Source: Eledone cirrhosa (Eukaryota). Taken from it: a DNA stretch of 64,000 nucleotides. The notes beneath the pieces were generated by a model. The model was not told where the DNA came from. It ran no database searches and saw nothing but the letters and a program-made list of their open reading frames with translations. This document shows positions 59,401 to 64,000 of the stretch, piece after piece (within the stretch, counting starts at the first letter, position 1; each line of letters begins with the position of its first letter). The position numbers and the translations under genes are program-made. The stretch is taken from positions 13,392,001 to 13,456,000 of the forward strand of contig OZ024766.1 of assembly GCA_964016885.1 (NCBI GenBank), given 5' to 3'.

Positions 59401-62400
59401 TAAATGAATTCTCACCAACAGTGGAGTTACTTCTGACAGCTAATACCATGAACTTAAATGAATTCTCACCAACAGTGGAGTTACTTCTGACAGCTAATAC
59501 CATGAACTTAAATGAATTCTCACCAACAGTGGAGTTCCTTCTGACAGCTAATACCATGAACTTAAATGAATTCTCACCAACATTGGAGTTACTGCTGACA
59601 GCTAGTACCATGACTTAAATGAATTCTCACCAACATTGGAGTTAGTTCTGACAGCTAGTACCATGACTTAAATGAATTCTCACCAACAATGGAGTTACTT
59701 CTGACAGCTAATACCATGACTTAAATGAATTCTCACCAACAGTGGAGTTACTTCTGACAGCTAATACCATGAACTTAAATGAATTCTCACCAACAGTGGC
59801 GTTCCTTCTGACAGCTAATACCATGAACTTAAATGAATTCTCACCAACAGTGGAGTTACTTCTGACAGCTAGTACCATGACTTAAATGAATTCTCACCAA
59901 CATTGGAGTTCCTTCTGACAGCTAATACCATGAACTTAAATGAATTCTCACCAACAGTGGAGTTCCTTCTGACAGCTAATACCATGAACTTAAATGAATT
60001 CTCACCAACATTGGAGTTACTTCTGACAGCTAGTACCATGACTTAAATGAATTCTCACCAACATTGGAGTTACTTCTGACAGCTAGTACCATGACTTAAA
60101 TGAATTCTCACCAACAATGGAGTTACTTCTGACAGCTAATACCATGACTTAAATGAATTCTCACCAACAGTGGAGTTACTTCTGACAGCTAATACCATGA
60201 ACTTAAATGAATTCTCACCAACAGTGGAGTTCCTTCTGACAGCTAATACCATGAACTTAAATGAATTCTCACCAACATTGGAGTTACTTCTGACAGCTAG
60301 TACCATGAACTTAAATGAATTCTCACCAACAGTGGAGTTACTTCTGACAGCTAATACCATGAACTTAAATGAATTCTCACCAACAGTGGCGTTCCTTCTG
60401 ACAGCTAATACCATGAACTTAAATGAATTCTCACCAACAGTGGAGTTACTTCTGACAGCTAGTACCATGACTTAAATGAATTCTCACCAACATTGGAGTT
60501 CCTTCTGACAGCTAATACCATGAACTTAAATGAATTCTCACCAACAGTGGAGTTCCTTCTGACAGCTAATACCATGAACTTAAATGAATTCTCACCAACA
60601 TTGGAGTTACTTCTGACAACTAATACCATGACTTAAATGAATTCTCACCAACAGTGGAGTTACTTCTGACAAACTAATACCATGAACTTAAATGAATTCT
60701 CACCAACAGTGGAGTTACTTCTGACAGCTAGTACCATGAACTTAAATGAATTCTCACCAACATTGAAGTTACTTCTGACAGCTAGTATCATGAACTTAAA
60801 TGAATTCTCACCAACAGTGGAGTTACTTCTGACAGCTAATACCATGAACTTAAATGAATTCTCACCAACAGTGGAGTTACTTCTGACAGCTAATACCATG
60901 AACTTAAATGAATTCTCACCAACAGTGGAGTTACTTCTGACAGCTAATACCATGAACTTAAATGAATTCTCACCAACATTGGAGTTACTTCTGACAGCTA
61001 GTACCATGAACTTAAATGAATTCTCACCAACAGTGGAGTGACTTCTGTCAGCTAATACCATGAACTTAAATGAATTCTCACCAACAGTGGTGTTACTTCT
61101 GACAGCTAATACCATGAACTTAAATGAATTCTCACCAACAGTGGAGTTACTTCTGACAGCTAGTACCATGAACTTAAATGAATTCTCACCAACAGTGGAG
61201 TTACTTCTGACAGCTAATACCATGAACTTAAATGAATTCTCAGCAACAGTGGAGTTCCTTCTGACAGTTAATACCATGAACTTAAATGAATTCTCACCAA
61301 CATTGGAGTTACTTCTGACAGCTAGTACCATGAACTTAAATGAATTCTCACCAACAGTGGAGTTACTTCTGACAGCTAATACCATGAACTTAAATGAATT
61401 CTCACCAACAGTGGAGTTACTTCTGACAGCTAATACCATGAACTTAAATGAATTCTCACCAACAGTGGAGTTACTTCTGACAGCTAATACCATGAACTTA
61501 AATGAATTCTCACCAACATTGGAGTTACTTCTGACAGCTAATACCATGAACTTAAATGAATTCTCACCAACATTGGAGTTACTTCTGACAGCTAGTACCA
61601 TGAACTTAAATGAATTCTCACCAACAGTGGAGTGACTTCTGTCAGCTAATACCATGAACTTAAATGAATTCTCACCAACAGTGGAGTTACTTCTGACAGC
61701 TAATACCATGAACTTAAATGAATTCTCACCAACAGTGGAGTTACTTCTGACAGCTAGTACCATGAACTTAAATGAATTCTCACCAACAGTGGAGTTACTT
61801 CTGACAGCTAATACCATGAACTTAAATGAATTCTCACCAACAGTGGATTTACTTCTGACAGCTAGTACCATGAACTTAAATGAATTCTCACCAACATTGG
61901 AGTTACTTCTGACAACTAATACCATGACTTAAATGAATTCTCACCAACAGTGGAGTTACTTCTGACAAACTAATACCATGAACTTAAATGAATTCTCACC
62001 AACAGTGGAGTTACTTCTGACAGCCAGTACCATGAACTTAAATGAATTCTCACCAACAGTGGAGTTACTTCTGACAGCTAATACCATGAACTTAAATGAT
62101 TTCTCACCAACAGTGGAGTTACTTCTGACAGCTAATACCATGAACTTAAATGAATTCTCACCAACATTGGAGTTACTTCTGACAGCTAATACCATGACTT
62201 AACTGAATTCTCACCAACAGTGGAGTTACTTCTGACAGCTAATACCATGAACTTAAATGAATTCTCACCAACATTGGAGTTACTTCTGACAGCTAGTACC
62301 ATGAACTTAAATGAATTCTCACCAACAGTGGAGTTACTTCTGACAGCTAATACCATGAACTTAAATGAATTCTCACCAACAGTGGAGTTACTTCTGACAG

Positions 62401-64000
62401 CTAATACCATGAACTTAAATGAATTCTCACCAACAGTGGAGTTCCTTCTGACAGCTAATACCATGAACTTAAATGAATTCTCACCAACATTGGAGTTACT
62501 GCTGACAGCTAGTACCATGACTTAAATGAATTCTCACCAACATTGGAGTTAGTTCTGACAGCTAGTACCATGACTTAAATGAATTCTCACCAACAATGGA
62601 GTTACTTCTGACAGCTAATACCATGACTTAAATGAATTCTCACCAACAGTGGAGTTACTTCTGACAGCTAATACCATGAACTTAAATGAATTCTCACCAA
62701 CAGTGGCGTTCCTTCTGACAGCTAATACCATGAACTTAAATGAATTCTCACCAACAGTGGAGTTACTTCTGACAGCTAGTACCATGACTTAAATGAATTC
62801 TCACCAACATTGGAGTTCCTTCTGACAGCTAATACCATGAACTTAAATGAATTCTCACCAACAGTGGAGTTCCTTCTGACAGCTAATACCATGAACTTAA
62901 ATGAATTCTCACCAACATTGGAGTTACTTCTGACAGCTAGTACCATGACTTAAATGAATTCTCACCAACATTGGAGTTACTTCTGACAGCTAGTACCATG
63001 ACTTAAATGAATTCTCACCAACAATGGAGTTACTTCTGACAGCTAATACCATGACTTAAATGAATTCTCACCAACAGTGGAGTTACTTCTGACAGCTAAT
63101 ACCATGAACTTAAATGAATTCTCACCAACAGTGGAGTTCCTTCTGACAGCTAATACCATGAACTTAAATGAATTCTCACCAACATTGGAGTTACTTCTGA
63201 CAGCTAGTACCATGAACTTAAATGAATTCTCACCAACAGTGGAGTTACTTCTGACAGCTAATACCATGAACTTAAATGAATTCTCACCAACAGTGGCGTT
63301 CCTTCTGACAGCTAATACCATGAACTTAAATGAATTCTCACCAACAGTGGAGTTACTTCTGACAGCTAGTACCATGACTTAAATGAATTCTCACCAACAT
63401 TGGAGTTCCTTCTGACAGCTAATACCATGAACTTAAATGAATTCTCACCAACAGTGGAGTTCCTTCTGACAGCTAATACCATGAACTTAAATGAATTCTC
63501 ACCAACATTGGAGTTACTTCTGACAACTAATACCATGACTTAAATGAATTCTCACCAACAGTGGAGTTACTTCTGACAAACTAATACCATGAACTTAAAT
63601 GAATTCTCACCAACAGTGGAGTTACTTCTGACAGCTAGTACCATGAACTTAAATGAATTCTCACCAACATTGAAGTTACTTCTGACAGCTAGTATCATGA
63701 ACTTAAATGAATTCTCACCAACAGTGGAGTTACTTCTGACAGCTAATACCATGAACTTAAATGAATTCTCACCAACAGTGGAGTTACTTCTGACAGCTAA
63801 TACCATGAACTTAAATGAATTCTCACCAACAGTGGAGTTACTTCTGACAGCTAATACCATGAACTTAAATGAATTCTCACCAACATTGGAGTTACTTCTG
63901 ACAGCTAGTACCATGAACTTAAATGAATTCTCACCAACAGTGGAGTGACTTCTGTCAGCTAATACCATGAACTTAAATGAATTCTCACCAACAGTGGTGT
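56500..64000. repeat. Three related units at offsets 2367 bp (~44 monomers) and 2907 bp (~54 monomers)
   Basis: ORF starts 56682/59049/61956, 56912/59279/62186, 57769/60136/63043 and 58293/60660/63567. Private markers ACTGCTGAC (59591/62498) and GTGGTGT (61087/63994). The two periods differ by 540 bp, exactly 10 monomers. Confidence 0.9.

Larger units (their letters stand above)
1..64000. repeat. 54-bp tandem satellite DNA array, about 1,190 head-to-tail monomers, extending beyond both window edges
   Basis: Seen directly: the consensus unit (e.g. 226-279) recurs continuously from base 1 to 64000. Monomers mostly differ by 0-3 substitutions. The common ones are CAGTGG/CATTGG, CTAATA/CTAGTA and GTTACT/GTTCCT/GTGACT, plus a frequent 1-bp deletion (ATGAACTT to ATGACTT). 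Copy number is estimated as 64000/~53.9. Confidence 0.99.

Noticed and set aside
96-63968. Many ORFs on both strands encoding (MNLNEFSPTVELLLTANT)n and (MVLAVRSNSTVGENSFKF)n, up to 421 aa at 60660-61925; possible giant repeat protein
   Set aside because: 54 is divisible by 3, so any stop-free frame of the monomer gives long ORFs. Frames are broken every few monomers by 1-bp indels and by TGA/TAG variants that are themselves amplified. The common variants change amino acids, and there is no unique N- or C-terminal domain, signal peptide or anchor.
1-64000. Consensus is stop-free in one frame on each strand (possible bidirectional coding)
   Set aside because: For an 18-codon unit, about two open frames out of six is roughly what chance gives. 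Nothing suggests selection on either frame.
1-64000. CRISPR array or other repeat-spacer system
   Set aside because: There are no unique spacers, since the full 54 bp is repeated. There is no leader and no cas gene.
1-64000. Recurrent ATGAAC to ATGAC deletion as a programmed frameshift, phase-variation or peptide-cassette system
   Set aside because: The deletions are inherited within duplicated blocks like any other marker. There is no homopolymer tract, promoter, recombinase or expression locus.
1-64000. Tandem tRNA, 5S, snRNA, spliced-leader or telomeric repeat
   Set aside because: I recognise no cloverleaf, Pol III A/B boxes, T-run terminator, SL exon or G-rich telomere motif, and the unit is shorter than these genes.
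1-64000. Embedded transposon, inversion or unique island
   Set aside because: Gaps in the ORF track (e.g. 13640-13950, 19190-19600, 43200-43760, 49180-49700) are still the same monomer with closely spaced 1-bp deletions. I found no foreign or reverse-oriented sequence.
1-64000. Whole array as a synthetic concatemer or pure sequencing artefact
   Set aside because: Hierarchically shared, position-restricted variants and private differences between duplicate copies (e.g. ~5165, 23981, 29591) fit natural evolution. The copy number of individual blocks still needs read validation.

Overview
The whole 64-kb window is one uninterrupted head-to-tail tandem array of a 54-bp AT-rich monomer (consensus ATGAACTTAAATGAATTCTCACCAACAGTGGAGTTACTTCTGACAGCTAATACC; 37% GC, no CpG, one EcoRI and one AluI site per unit). 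There are roughly 1,190 copies, all in one orientation, and the array runs off both ends. I found no unique sequence, credible gene, RNA gene, transposon or CRISPR spacer. Every ORF in the track is a translation of the 18-codon monomer. This looks like eukaryotic satellite DNA, possibly centromeric or pericentromeric (inference; I cannot name the organism or family). The information is in the order of the variant monomers. They define recurring multi-monomer modules, nested kb-scale tandem duplications of changing period (0.2-6.8 kb), regional variant domains with a switch near 43-44 kb, and a landmark monomer carrying a linked -1/+1 indel pair. I see no evidence of a novel gene-encoded system. 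Offsets come from the ORF track and hand-read marker SNPs, and block edges are approximate (about 1-2 monomers).
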